Under the pieces are notes generated by a model. That model was not told where the DNA came from, searched no databases, and saw only the letters and a list, made by a program, of their open reading frames with translations. A stretch of 64,000 nt of DNA from Gemmatimonadota bacterium (GTDB lineage: Bacteria > Gemmatimonadota > Gemmatimonadetes > Palauibacterales > Palauibacteraceae). The position numbers and the translations under genes were made by a program. The stretch's first letter is position 1; the number at the start of each line of letters is the position of its first letter. Positions 1 through 9,409 of the stretch are shown here, in pieces. The stretch spans positions 32,001-96,000 of the forward strand of contig JBHIAV010000001.1 of the NCBI GenBank assembly GCA_046758745.1, in the 5' to 3' direction.

Positions 1-2
1 CG

Positions 3-1652
3 GTCGTATGGGATCTCGGCCGGTACGAGTGGAGCGATGCGGAGTGGATGCGGCGGCGCGCCCGGCGGCAGGCCGCCGACGCGCCGCTCGCCATCTACGA
101 GGTGCACCTCGGTTCGTGGCGGCGCGCGTCCCTCCCGACGGACGATCCGGGTTGGCTAGGCTATCGGGAGATCGCCGAGCGGTTGCTCCCGTACGTCCGG
201 GAGCTCGGGTACACCCACGTGGAGCTCCTTCCGGTGACCGAGTACCCGCTCGACGCCAGCTGGGGGTATCAGACGGTCGGCTACTTCGCGCCCACCTCCC
301 GCTTCGGATCGCCCGATGACTTTCGCTTCTTCATCGACGAGGCGCATCGGCTGGGCCTCGGCGTCATCCTCGATTGGGTGCCGGCCCACTTCCCGCGGGA
401 TGGGCACGGGCTCGGGTTCTTCGACGGGACCCATCTGTACGAGCACGAGGATCCGCGAAAGGGGGTGCATCCGGACTGGGGGACCCTGATCTACAACTAC
501 GGACGTCCGGAGGTCGCGGCATTTCTCATCTCGAGCGCTCTGTTCTGGATCGAGGAATACCACATCGACGGCCTGCGCGTGGACGCGGTGGCTTCGATGC
601 TGTACCTCGATTACTCGCGGGCGGAGGGGGAGTGGCTCCCGAACGTGCATGGGGGAAGAGAGAACCTTGAGGCGATCGCCTTCCTCCGTGAGCTCAACGA
701 AGCGGTACACGAGGAGGCGCCGGGCGTGCTCACCATCGCGGAGGAGTCGACGGCGTGGCCGAATGTGACCGGCCCGACCGCCGCGGGCGGCCTCGGCTTC
801 GATCTGAAGTGGAACATGGGGTGGATGCACGACACCCTCGAGCTGTTTCGCGCGGACCCGCTCTTCCGGCGGGCCATGCACCACAGGCTCACCTTCTCGA
901 TCCTGTACGCGTTCAGCGAGCGGTTCCTCCTTCCCCTGTCTCACGATGAGGTGGTGCATCTCAAGGGATCGCTGCTCGCCAAGATGTCCGGCGACCACGA
1001 GCGGAAGCTGTCGCATCTCCGCCTGCTGTTCGGCTACATGTACGGGCATCCCGGGAAAAAGCTGCTCTTCATGGGCGGAGAGTTCGGGCAGGCCGGTGAG
1101 TGGAACTTCGAGGGAGAGCTCCAGTGGTCCCTGCTCGACCGACCGGGGCACCGCGGCCTGCATCGCCTCGTGCGGGAGCTCAACCGACTGTACGTGGCCG
1201 AGCCGTCCCTGCACGAGTTGGATCACGCGGGGGAGGGGTTCGAGTGGATCGAGGCGCACGACGCCGATCGCAGCGTCCTCGCCTTCCTCCGCTGGGCCGA
1301 GGGATGGCGGGACTTCGTCCTCGTGGTGTGCAACTTCACGCCCGTGGCGTGGGACCGCTACCGCGTGGGCGTGCCGTACGCCGGCACATACGAGGCGATC
1401 CTCAATACGGATGACTCCCGGTACGGCGGGTCCGGGGAGTACCCCTTCCTCGAGGCGGAGGCCGAGGAGATGCCGTCCCAGGGGCGCGCCCTCTCGCTCG
1501 AGTGCACGCTGCCGCCGCTCTCCGTGCTCTTCCTCAAGAGGCTCGGCCGCTCGCGACCTCTCACGCAACGGCGCCAAGAAGACGACGTTCCGCGTCATGC
1601 CCGGTGGTCCGGGGTCGATGGCGTCACTACACTGGGGGGATGCCGACTCTGA
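3..1652 (+). CDS. glgB: 1,4-alpha-glucan branching enzyme (GH13), 5' end outside the window
   Basis: Motifs [38 protein letters not shown] and LSHDEVVH; frame open from position 3. Confidence 0.97.
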   Translation, partial: VVWDLGRYEWSDAEWMRRRARRQAADAPLAIYEVHLGSWRRASLPTDDPGWLGYREIAERLLPYVRELGYTHVELLPVTEYPLDASWGYQTVGYFAPTSRFGSPDDFRFFIDEAHRLGLGVILDWVPAHFPRDGHGLGFFDGTHLYEHEDPRKGVHPDWGTLIYNYGRPEVAAFLISSALFWIEEYHIDGLRVDAVASMLYLDYSRAEGEWLPNVHGGRENLEAIAFLRELNEAVHEEAPGVLTIAEESTAWPNVTGPTAAGGLGFDLKWNMGWMHDTLELFRADPLFRRAMHHRLTFSILYAFSERFLLPLSHDEVVHLKGSLLAKMSGDHERKLSHLRLLFGYMYGHPGKKLLFMGGEFGQAGEWNFEGELQWSLLDRPGHRGLHRLVRELNRLYVAEPSLHELDHAGEGFEWIEAHDADRSVLAFLRWAEGWRDFVLVVCNFTPVAWDRYRVGVPYAGTYEAILNTDDSRYGGSGEYPFLEAEAEEMPSQGRALSLECTLPPLSVLFLKRLGRSRPLTQRRQEDDVPRHARWSGVDGVTTLGGCRL

Positions 1653-3118
1653 GGATCTGCTACCTGACGCCCGAGCTCGCGCCGTACGCCAAGGTCGGAG
1701 GGCTGGCGGACGTCTCGGCGGCCCTTCCGACCGCCCTCCGACGCGCCGGACACGACGTCCGGGTCTTCGTGCCACTATACGCGCAGGTGCTTCAGGTCGG
1801 CCACGCCCTCTCCGCCGTCGAGGGCCTCCAGCAGATCCCGGTGAGCCTGGGGGATCGCAGATTCACCTTCGACGTCCTCGTGCCCGCGAGCGAAGGAGCT
1901 CCGGAGCGCAACTACTTTCTCCGGTGCGCGCCGCTGTACGAACGGGCCGGCGTGTACACCTCCGATCCGGACGAGCACCTCCGCTTCCTCCTCCTCTGCC
2001 GGGGAGCGATCGAGTGCTGCCGAGGGCTGGCCTGGGCCCCGGACGTGTTCCACTGCCACGACTGGCAGACGGCGCTCGTGCCCCTGCTCCTGCGCACCGT
2101 CTACGGGTCGGACCGCCTGTTCGAGAGAAGCGCAACGGTGCTCACGATCCACAACCTGGCCTACCAGGGCATCTTCCCGGCCGACATCGTCCCACAGCTG
2201 GGGCTCGGGGTTGGCGTGACGCTCCTGCACCAGGAGGATCTCCGAGCCCGGCGGGTGAACTTCCTGAGAACGGGCCTCATGCACGCGGGTACGCTGACCA
2301 CGGTGAGCCCGACGTACGCTCGCGAGATCCAGACCGCCGAGTACGGTGCGGGGCTCAACGGGCTCCTGCGCCGGAGGGGCGATGAGCTGGTCGGCATCCT
2401 GAACGGCGTCGACACGGAGGAGTGGAGCCCCGCCACGGACCCGTTCATACCGGTCCGGTATTCGGTGGATAGCCTGGAGCACAAGGCGCGGAACCGGGAT
2501 GCGCTGCTCGACCGCCTCGGCTCCTCCGCGGCTCCCGACATCCCGGTGGTGGGCGTGGTGAGCCGTCTCACCGTCCAGAAGGGCTTCGACCTCGTCTTCG
2601 ATCCGTTGCGGGAACAGCTGGCGGCCGATCGGCTGCGCCTGGTGGCGCTGGGGAGCGGCGAGGCGCGGTACGAGGAGGCATTCCGCGGCTTGGAGTCGGC
2701 CTTCCCGGGTCGCGCCGTCTTCCGACGCGGGTTCGACAACGAGGTGGCGCACCTCATCGAGGCGGGAAGTGACATCTTTCTCATGCCATCCCTGTACGAG
2801 CCCTGCGGCCTCAACCAGATGTACAGCCTGCTGTACGGCACCGTGCCGATCGTGCGGCGTACGGGAGGGCTCGCCGATTCCGTGCAGCAGTTCGATCCCC
2901 GGACCGGGGAAGGAACGGGGATCGTCTTCGACCACTACACGCGCGACGGGGTGAGACGGGCGATCGCGCGGGCGCTCGAGCTGTTCGAGGACCGCGAGGC
3001 GTGGCGCCGGATGATGAAGAACGGTATGCGAATGGACTTCTCGTGGGAGTCGCGGGTGCCGCGATACGTGGAAGTGTACGAGAGGCTCGTCGGGGCGCGC
3101 TCCGGAGCCCCGGCCTGA
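1640..3118 (+). CDS. glgA: Glycogen synthase (GT5)
   Basis: [23 protein letters not shown] and [14 protein letters not shown] at 1640 overlaps the end of glgB. Confidence 0.96.
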   Translation: MPTLRICYLTPELAPYAKVGGLADVSAALPTALRRAGHDVRVFVPLYAQVLQVGHALSAVEGLQQIPVSLGDRRFTFDVLVPASEGAPERNYFLRCAPLYERAGVYTSDPDEHLRFLLLCRGAIECCRGLAWAPDVFHCHDWQTALVPLLLRTVYGSDRLFERSATVLTIHNLAYQGIFPADIVPQLGLGVGVTLLHQEDLRARRVNFLRTGLMHAGTLTTVSPTYAREIQTAEYGAGLNGLLRRRGDELVGILNGVDTEEWSPATDPFIPVRYSVDSLEHKARNRDALLDRLGSSAAPDIPVVGVVSRLTVQKGFDLVFDPLREQLAADRLRLVALGSGEARYEEAFRGLESAFPGRAVFRRGFDNEVAHLIEAGSDIFLMPSLYEPCGLNQMYSLLYGTVPIVRRTGGLADSVQQFDPRTGEGTGIVFDHYTRDGVRRAIARALELFEDREAWRRMMKNGMRMDFSWESRVPRYVEVYERLVGARSGAPA

Positions 3119-3319
3119 TGCGGCGCAGGAGGGGCGTGCGCGGCCGCGCCTGATTTCGGAAGATGGCGGACCGATGCTCCGCGAATCGTGTCGGATGGCC
3201 GGCGCGCTCGGGCGCAAGGGAATCGAGAACCGGGTCGATCCGTGGGGAAGGGAGTCGTAGCACGACCGGCCTCCTTGGCGCAGCATATTCGATATGTGCG
3301 TGGACGAGCTGACCTCGGC

Positions 3320-3349
3320 TTGACGCTTCCCCGCTTTCAGGGCTAAACT
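3320..3349 (+). promoter_or_regulatory. Sigma70-type promoter for tRNA-Val
   Basis: TTGACG-N18-TAAACT about 80 nt upstream of the tRNA. Confidence 0.65.
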
Positions 3350-3430
3350 TTTCGCTTCCCGACAACCGGGGGATCGGCGCGCGACACGCGGCTCGGCCGA
3401 CGCTCGCGCGGCGCTCCGGCCGGACCGCGC

Positions 3431-3505
3431 GGGCGAATAGCTCAGTTGGTCCAGAGCGCCTGCCTTACAAGCAGGAGGTCGCAGGTTCGAATCCTGCTTC
3501 GCCCA
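3431..3505 (+). tRNA. tRNA-Val (anticodon TAC); CCA not encoded
   Basis: Acceptor stem GGGCGAA/TTCGCCC, anticodon arm CCTGC-CTTACAA-GCAGG, T-loop GTTCGAATC. Confidence 0.97.
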
Positions 3506-3623
3506 TGCGCGGAGCGTGGAACGCGGTGCCTGGAAGGCTCGGAACATCCCCGGCGTCGCGGGTATCGATGGCGGGGCGGCAAATCCTCGTTTCCGGCAAG
3601 GGCTTTCAGGCGAGGGCTTGAGC

Positions 3624-5399
3624 ATGAAGGGAGTTGGAAGCGGCTGGAAGGTTCGGGCGCCGGCTCTGACGGCGGCGGTGCTCGCATCGTTGGCATCCGC
3701 CGTCGGAGCGAAGGCCCAGGAGAGCACCGCCTCCTCCGGACGGGCCCGGGTTCTCGTCGCCCCCCTCCACACGGAGGGCTCGGTGAAAGCCGACTTCGGC
3801 CGGAAGATCGCCGATGAGGTGCGCGACGACCTGAAGGATTTCCCTAGCCTCACCTCCGTGGACAGGAAGGAGCTGCGCGACGAGCTGAAGCGGCTCAAGC
3901 TGGACGAGAAGGAGCTCGGCCTCATCCAGTGGCGCCAGCTCGCCAGTCGGCTGAACGCTCAGGTCGTGATGTACGGCACCATCGTCCCCGCGGCGGGCGG
4001 GAACGCAGTCAGCGTCACGTTCGTGGACGCCCGCACCGGAGACGAGCTGAAGGTTCCCGAGTTCCGGGTGGGGGGCGACGGACGTGACGAGGTGAAGGAG
4101 GCGGCGGCGCGCATCTACGAGGCGTTCGAGGGACAGGTTCAGTTCCTCCAGGCCGTCGTCTTCTGCCGGGACTACCTGGCCGCGGACCAGCTGGAGGATG
4201 CGCTGCGCAACTGCAACCGGGCTTTGGAGCTGAACCCGGAGAGCGGGGAGGCGCTCTACCTGCGGGGCCGCATCCGCATGAAGCAGGAGGACTGGAACGC
4301 GGCGCGCGAGGACCTGGACGTTGTGGTCGCGCAGAACGCGGCGAAGACGGACGCCCTGCAATCGCTTGCCTACACGTACGCGCAGCTCGGCGAGGTGGAG
4401 CGCGCCACCGAGCTGTATCGGGAGTACTTGAACTTCAACCCGGCGGACGCGGACGTTCGGCTCAAGGTCGCCTTCGATCTGGCGAAGGCCGGCGGCTACG
4501 ACGCGGCGATCGCGCTGCTCGAAGAGGGGATCGAGCGCGACGCGACGAACGCGGCCCTCTGGGAGTACCTCGGCAACGTGGCCCTCACCAAGGGCACGCA
4601 GGCCGAGGAGGGCGAGCCCGGCTCCTCCGCCACAGGCAACGGTGAGGCGGCGATCGCCGACCCGGAAGCCGTGCGTCTCGCCATTCGAGCCTACAGCGAG
4701 GTGCTCACGCTCAAGGGCGACAGCATCGACCCGAATATCCTGAAGAACGTGATGGCCGCCCACCTCAACATGGGTGAGTTCGAGCAGGCCCTCCAGTTCG
4801 GCGAGCGGGCTCAGGCGATGATGCCGAACGATCCCGGGCTGTGGTCGATTCGCGCCGACGTGTTGGGGCGCATGGACCGGTTCTCGGAGGCCGTGGCGGC
4901 GCTCGACCGCGTTCTCGAGCTCGACCCGGAGTACGAGAACGCGAGGCTTCGGCGCGGGCTCTTCCGGCTGCGGTCCGGAGACCGTGAGGGCGCTGTGGTG
5001 GACCTGCGGTCGGCCGTCGAGCGCGGCACCGATTCGAATCTCGTGGCCGGGCAGCTCTTCGCGCGCGGTTACTCGGACTACTTCCAGAAGGGGCGGTACG
5101 AGACGGCCATCTCCATGTTCCGGGTTGCGCTCGAGTTCGCCACGACCGGCGAGGTGAAGAACCAGATCAACTTCTTCACCGCGTACGGCTACTTCCAGCA
5201 GGGCGTGGCGATCGACAGGTCCAACGAGGCGAACGAGGCATGCGAGCCAGCCCGTCGAGCGCTGGAGAAGTTCCAGCAGGTCATCCCCAATCTGAACCGC
5301 GCGGGGAACTACCAGGCGAAGAGCCAGGGGCAGATCCGGGAGAACACGGACGTGTATCTCTTCCGCCAGGAGCAGATCATCAAGAAGGCGTGTCGGTGA
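3624..5399 (+). CDS. Secreted tetratricopeptide-repeat protein
   Basis: Signal peptide ending AKA|Q; repeated TPR motifs (ALELNPESGEALYLRG, VLELDPEYENARLRRG); ATG at 3624 chosen as start. Confidence 0.85.
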   Translation: MKGVGSGWKVRAPALTAAVLASLASAVGAKAQESTASSGRARVLVAPLHTEGSVKADFGRKIADEVRDDLKDFPSLTSVDRKELRDELKRLKLDEKELGLIQWRQLASRLNAQVVMYGTIVPAAGGNAVSVTFVDARTGDELKVPEFRVGGDGRDEVKEAAARIYEAFEGQVQFLQAVVFCRDYLAADQLEDALRNCNRALELNPESGEALYLRGRIRMKQEDWNAAREDLDVVVAQNAAKTDALQSLAYTYAQLGEVERATELYREYLNFNPADADVRLKVAFDLAKAGGYDAAIALLEEGIERDATNAALWEYLGNVALTKGTQAEEGEPGSSATGNGEAAIADPEAVRLAIRAYSEVLTLKGDSIDPNILKNVMAAHLNMGEFEQALQFGERAQAMMPNDPGLWSIRADVLGRMDRFSEAVAALDRVLELDPEYENARLRRGLFRLRSGDREGAVVDLRSAVERGTDSNLVAGQLFARGYSDYFQKGRYETAISMFRVALEFATTGEVKNQINFFTAYGYFQQGVAIDRSNEANEACEPARRALEKFQQVIPNLNRAGNYQAKSQGQIRENTDVYLFRQEQIIKKACR

Positions 5400-5458
5400 G
5401 GGCACCCGTCATGTAGCCGGGGGAGCGCAAGCGAGCTCCTCCCCTCGAGAGTCGATTC

Positions 5459-5492
5459 ACGGCCCGCCGAGATCTCCGTCTCGGCGGGCCGT
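5459..5492 (+). terminator. 14-bp perfect stem-loop after the TPR gene, probable terminator or RNA stabiliser
   Basis: ACGGCCCGCCGAGA-tctccg-TCTCGGCGGGCCGT with only a weak U tail. Confidence 0.55.
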
Positions 5493-5537
5493 CTTACATC
5501 CGGGAAGAGGCAGTGCGGGTAGCCGGGCGGGTGGGGG

Positions 5538-5567
5538 TTGACGGCGGTCGAGGTCGGACCGTAGAAT
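5538..5567 (+). promoter_or_regulatory. dcw operon promoter (Pmra)
   Basis: TTGACG-N18-TAGAAT upstream of mraZ. Confidence 0.75.
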
Positions 5568-5600
5568 GGGGGCTGGTGGTAAAAAGTGGGAAACTGTGGG
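5566..5600 (+). promoter_or_regulatory. MraZ operator: four direct repeats at 10-nt period
   Basis: ATGGG(5566), GTGGT(5576), GTGGG(5586), GTGGG(5596); matches the known MraZ GTGG repeat arrangement. Confidence 0.85.
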
Positions 5601-5636
5601 GAAACACATCTCCTTCCTCCAACAGCACGGTGCGCG

Positions 5637-6068
5637 GTGGGCGGCTTCCTCGGGAGCTACCTCCATCAAGTGGACACGAAGGGTCGGGTCAGCCTGCCGG
5701 CTTCCTTCCGGCGGGAGAGCGACTCGCACTCGTATGTGCTCATCCAGGCCCACGCCGACGCGCTGTCGCTATATCCCCAGGAGAGCTGGCGTGAGGTCGA
5801 GGAGCGGCTTCGGGAGATGGTGCGACGTAACCCGAAGGCAAGGCACTATCTGCTCGGCCTGACCGCGAACGCGCAGGAGGTTTCGCCGGACAAGCAGGGC
5901 CGGATCCTCATCCCGGATCGGTTGCGCGAGAGCGTGGGTGTGGAGCGGGAGGCGCTGATCGTAGGCGCACTCGAGCGAATCGAGATCTGGAACCCCGAGC
6001 GCTTCGAGAAGACGGCCGGGACCGGCCGGGAGCAATTCGGCAAGCTGGCGGAACAGATCTTCGTCTGA
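5637..6068 (+). CDS. mraZ: Division/cell wall cluster repressor MraZ
   Basis: Two D-x-x-G-R motifs (DTKGRVSLP, DKQGRILIP) and RIEIW; first gene of dcw; GTG at 5637. Confidence 0.95.
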   Translation: MGGFLGSYLHQVDTKGRVSLPASFRRESDSHSYVLIQAHADALSLYPQESWREVEERLREMVRRNPKARHYLLGLTANAQEVSPDKQGRILIPDRLRESVGVEREALIVGALERIEIWNPERFEKTAGTGREQFGKLAEQIFV

Positions 6069-6104
6069 TCCGCGGGCCCGGCGGGCGCCAGGGGGGGCGA
6101 TCGG

Positions 6105-7046
6105 GTGGGCGAGGGTCGATACCGGCACATGCCGGTCATGCTGGAGAAGGCGGTCGCGTACCTCCGGCCGGAGCGCGGAGGAACGTTTCTCGACGGGACG
6201 ATCGGCGGTGGCGGACACGCGGAGCGGCTGCTGCAGGCCGCACCGGACGTTCGATTGATCGGGTTGGACATCGACCCCGCGGCGGTCGCCGCAGCGGAGA
6301 ATCGACTGCGGGAGTACGGCGATCGCGTCCGGCTGCTGAACGAGAACTTTCGGAACTCGGCCGGACTGCTGGCCGGCTATGTGAACGAGAAAGGTCTGGC
6401 AGGCGCGCTCCTGGATGTCGGGGTGTCGTCGATCCAGATCGATGATACGGCGCGCGGGTTCTCCTTTCGCCGGAGCACTCCGTTGGTCATGCGGATGGGC
6501 GGGACAGCCGGCGAAGGGAGACCCGCTGCCGATTTCCTCAACTCGGCGTCCGAGCAGGAGCTCGGGCGCGTCTTTCGCGAATACGGTGAGGAGCGGAAGT
6601 GGCGGGCGGTGGCGCGTGAGATCGTTCGTCGACGCCGGGCGGCCCCGCTCGAGTCGAGCGATGATCTCGTCGCGGCGCTTACGGCCGCCCTGCGGAGGAG
6701 CCTCTCGATGCGCGACAAGGCGCGGCTCTTCCAGGCGGTGCGGATAGCCGTGAACGACGAGCTAGGCGCACTCCAGGAGGGACTGGACGGGATTCGCGAG
6801 CTGCTCGGCCCCGGCGGGCGGCTGGTCGTGATCACGTATCACTCGTTGGAGGACCGGATCGTCAAGGACGCGTTCCGCGAGTGGAGCCGGAGCTGCGTGT
6901 GTCCCCCGGGTGTCCCGGAGTGCCGGTGCCGCGGGGTTCCGCTCGGACTGACGCTGACGCGAAGGCCGATCCGGCCCTCCGCCGAGGAGGTGAGCGCGAA
7001 CCCGCGGGCGCGCAGCGCCAAGCTCAGAGCCTGGGAGCGGGCGTGA
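6105..7046 (+). CDS. rsmH: 16S rRNA m4C1402 methyltransferase
   Basis: HMPVM, DGTIGGGGHA, YHSLEDRIVK, NPRARSAKLR. Confidence 0.97.
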   Translation: MGEGRYRHMPVMLEKAVAYLRPERGGTFLDGTIGGGGHAERLLQAAPDVRLIGLDIDPAAVAAAENRLREYGDRVRLLNENFRNSAGLLAGYVNEKGLAGALLDVGVSSIQIDDTARGFSFRRSTPLVMRMGGTAGEGRPAADFLNSASEQELGRVFREYGEERKWRAVAREIVRRRRAAPLESSDDLVAALTAALRRSLSMRDKARLFQAVRIAVNDELGALQEGLDGIRELLGPGGRLVVITYHSLEDRIVKDAFREWSRSCVCPPGVPECRCRGVPLGLTLTRRPIRPSAEEVSANPRARSAKLRAWERA

Positions 7047-7402
7047 CGCCCCGCCGCCGCCCGAAGCGAGCGAGCGCCACGCGGCGGGAGAGCGTCCGGC
7101 GCCCGGGTTCCCTGCGGCGCCGCGCCATCCTGATCGCGGCGCTGGCGGCTCTCGTCTCCGGCATGCTCGTCTCGATCCGCCGGGGCGCCGAGGGGAGGCG
7201 TCTCTCGGAGCTCCTGGAGGAGCTCGAGCGGGAGGAGCGCGCGGCTCGAGCGCGACTGGCCGATGTGATGGTGCGGGTCGACTCCCTCGGCTCTCGCGAG
7301 CGCATCCTGGAGGCGGGGCGCGAGCTCGGTCTTCGGCCGGCGATGGACGGAGAGATCATTTTTCTGTCGGAGCCCGGCTCTGGGGAAGGAGAGACACCTT
7401 GA
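7043..7402 (+). CDS. ftsL: Cell division protein FtsL-like
   Basis: Basic N-terminus, one TM helix and a coiled coil; lies between rsmH and ftsI; GTG overlaps the rsmH stop. Confidence 0.75.
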   Translation: MTPRRRPKRASATRRESVRRPGSLRRRAILIAALAALVSGMLVSIRRGAEGRRLSELLEELEREERAARARLADVMVRVDSLGSRERILEAGRELGLRPAMDGEIIFLSEPGSGEGETP

Positions 7403-9393
7403 GCGGAGACCGGTCGCGCGTGACGCGGGGCACCCATGCCCGTCGCTGCGGCTTCTTCGCCGCCGTCCTCATCCTCGCTGCTGCCGCGTGCGTGGTGCGC
7501 GCCGGCCAACTGCAGCTCGTCGAGCGCGAGCGGTGGCGCCAGAAGGCGCTCGCGCAGAGCGAGCCGAGAGTGGAGATCCCGGCTTCGCGTGGCGGGATGT
7601 ACGATCGTGCCGGGCGGCCTCTCGCCCTCGATGGGCACGAGTACCGGGCGTACCTTGCGCCACGGGAGGTGACGGACCGTAGCGCCGCGGTCTCCACGAT
7701 CGGCCGAATCCTCGGCCTCACCCGGGCGCAGGTGGCTGCCCTGCGCGGTGCCGCGGCCGGCTGGGTGGCGATCCCGAGACGGGTGAGCGACCTCGAGCGC
7801 GATCGGCTCGTGCAGGCGCTCGGCCGCGCGGTCCACTTCGATCGTCTCGGCTCGAGGGTCTACCCGGAAGGGGGCCTGGCTCGGGCGCTGCTCGGATCGG
7901 TCGGTCCCGACGGATCCGGGCTGTCGGGCCTCGAGCTCGTCCTCGATGACCTGCTCACCGGGCGGCCGGGGGCCGCCATCCAGCGCCGGGATGCACGAGG
8001 GGCCACGTATCGCCTACCGGGGGCGCTGCTCACCGAGCCGGAGCCGGGTCACGACGTCTATCTGACCATCGACGCGGAGCTACAGGCGATCGCGGAGGAC
8101 GCGCTCGACCGAGCGATCCGTCAGACCGGCGCTTCGGGCGGCGACGTCGTATTGGCGGATCCGAGGACGGGCGAGCTCCTGGCGGTGGCCAGCCGGGGCT
8201 CCGACGGAGGGCGGCGCATCCCGGCCTTCACAGATCCGTTCGAGCCCGGTTCTACGGCGAAGCCGTTCCTCCTCGCCGCGCTGCTCGCCGAAGGGGCGGC
8301 GAGCCTCACCGATCGGGTCTACGCCGAGCACGGAGAGTGGCGCGACGGATCACGGACGATCCGCGACGTCCACCCGTACGACACGCTCTCGGTCGCAGAG
8401 GTGATCCGCTTCTCCAGCAACATCGGCGCGGCCAAGCTGGCCAAGCGTCTCGAACCGGGGCAGCAGTACCGTTATCTGCGCGACTTCGGCTTCGGCACGC
8501 CGACGGGCGTGGAGTACCCGTCCGAGTCGGGCGGGCTGCTGCGCCGCCCCGAGAACTGGTCGGGCCTCAGCCAGGCGTCTCTGGCTTTCGGCTACGAGTT
8601 CATGGTGACTTCCCTGCAGCTCGTCGCCGCGTACGCAGCCCTGGCGAACGGCGGCGTCCTGATGCAGCCCGGGCTCGTGCGGGAGGTGCGGGCGGCCGAC
8701 GGCTCCGTGGTGTGGCGGCGGCAGCGGGAGCCCATCCGCCGGATCATCTCGCGGGAGCTGGCCGATACCATCTCTCGCGTCCTCGGGTCGGTGGTCGCGG
8801 AAGGCGGCACCGGCAGGGAGGCGGCGCTGGCCACGCTGCCCGTCGCCGGGAAGACGGGCACGGCCCGCATCGCCTCGATCGGCGGATACGGGGAGCGACG
8901 GTACGCCGCGTCCTTCGTGGGGTATGCCCCCGTAGACGATCCGCGTCTGGTGGTCCTCACCAAGCTGGAGGATCCCCAGGGTCGGTACTACGGTGGCCAA
9001 ACGGCAGCCCCGATTAGCCGGAGTGTGGTGCAGGCGGCGATGGCCACGCGGGGGATCGCTCTGCGGGGGGCCGAGGATGCGCCGACCGAAGGCTGGAGGT
9101 GGAACCGCACGGCGAATGCGGGACACTTCTTCCTCGTGGCGGCCGGGCCGCAACCTCCGCGGACGGCCGTCCCGCGCCCCCGATGGGAGGGAGGTGCGCT
9201 AGGTCCTCCGCGGGAGGATGCCGATGCTTTCCCGGTGCTTCCCGACCTGCGCGGGCTCAGCGTACGGGCGGCTGCGGCCCGTCTGCACGAGCTCGGCCTC
9301 AGCGTGGAGCTGCTCGCGTCGGGCCACGTGCGGGAGCAGCGGCCGGCTCCCGGCACGCGGATGAGGGCCGGCGAGACGATCACGCTGCGATGA
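7399..9393 (+). CDS. ftsI: Class B PBP (FtsI/PBP3) with C-terminal PASTA domain
   Basis: SxxK (EPGSTAK), SxN (SSN), KTG; C-terminal PDLRGLS...EQRPAPG. Confidence 0.93.
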   Translation: MSGDRSRVTRGTHARRCGFFAAVLILAAAACVVRAGQLQLVERERWRQKALAQSEPRVEIPASRGGMYDRAGRPLALDGHEYRAYLAPREVTDRSAAVSTIGRILGLTRAQVAALRGAAAGWVAIPRRVSDLERDRLVQALGRAVHFDRLGSRVYPEGGLARALLGSVGPDGSGLSGLELVLDDLLTGRPGAAIQRRDARGATYRLPGALLTEPEPGHDVYLTIDAELQAIAEDALDRAIRQTGASGGDVVLADPRTGELLAVASRGSDGGRRIPAFTDPFEPGSTAKPFLLAALLAEGAASLTDRVYAEHGEWRDGSRTIRDVHPYDTLSVAEVIRFSSNIGAAKLAKRLEPGQQYRYLRDFGFGTPTGVEYPSESGGLLRRPENWSGLSQASLAFGYEFMVTSLQLVAAYAALANGGVLMQPGLVREVRAADGSVVWRRQREPIRRIISRELADTISRVLGSVVAEGGTGREAALATLPVAGKTGTARIASIGGYGERRYAASFVGYAPVDDPRLVVLTKLEDPQGRYYGGQTAAPISRSVVQAAMATRGIALRGAEDAPTEGWRWNRTANAGHFFLVAAGPQPPRTAVPRPRWEGGALGPPREDADAFPVLPDLRGLSVRAAAARLHELGLSVELLASGHVREQRPAPGTRMRAGETITLR

Positions 9394-9409
9394 AAGAGGG
9401 CGCATCCCG

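Noticed and set aside
3110..3125. Exact 16-mer CCGGCCTGATGCGGCG repeated at 43299-43314, resembling half of an enterobacterial REP
   Set aside because: A few GC-rich 16-mer matches are expected by chance in 64 kb, and the complementary REP half is missing
3431..3505. tRNA-Val as an integration site for an island
   Set aside because: No integrase and no duplicated tRNA 3' end seen in the window
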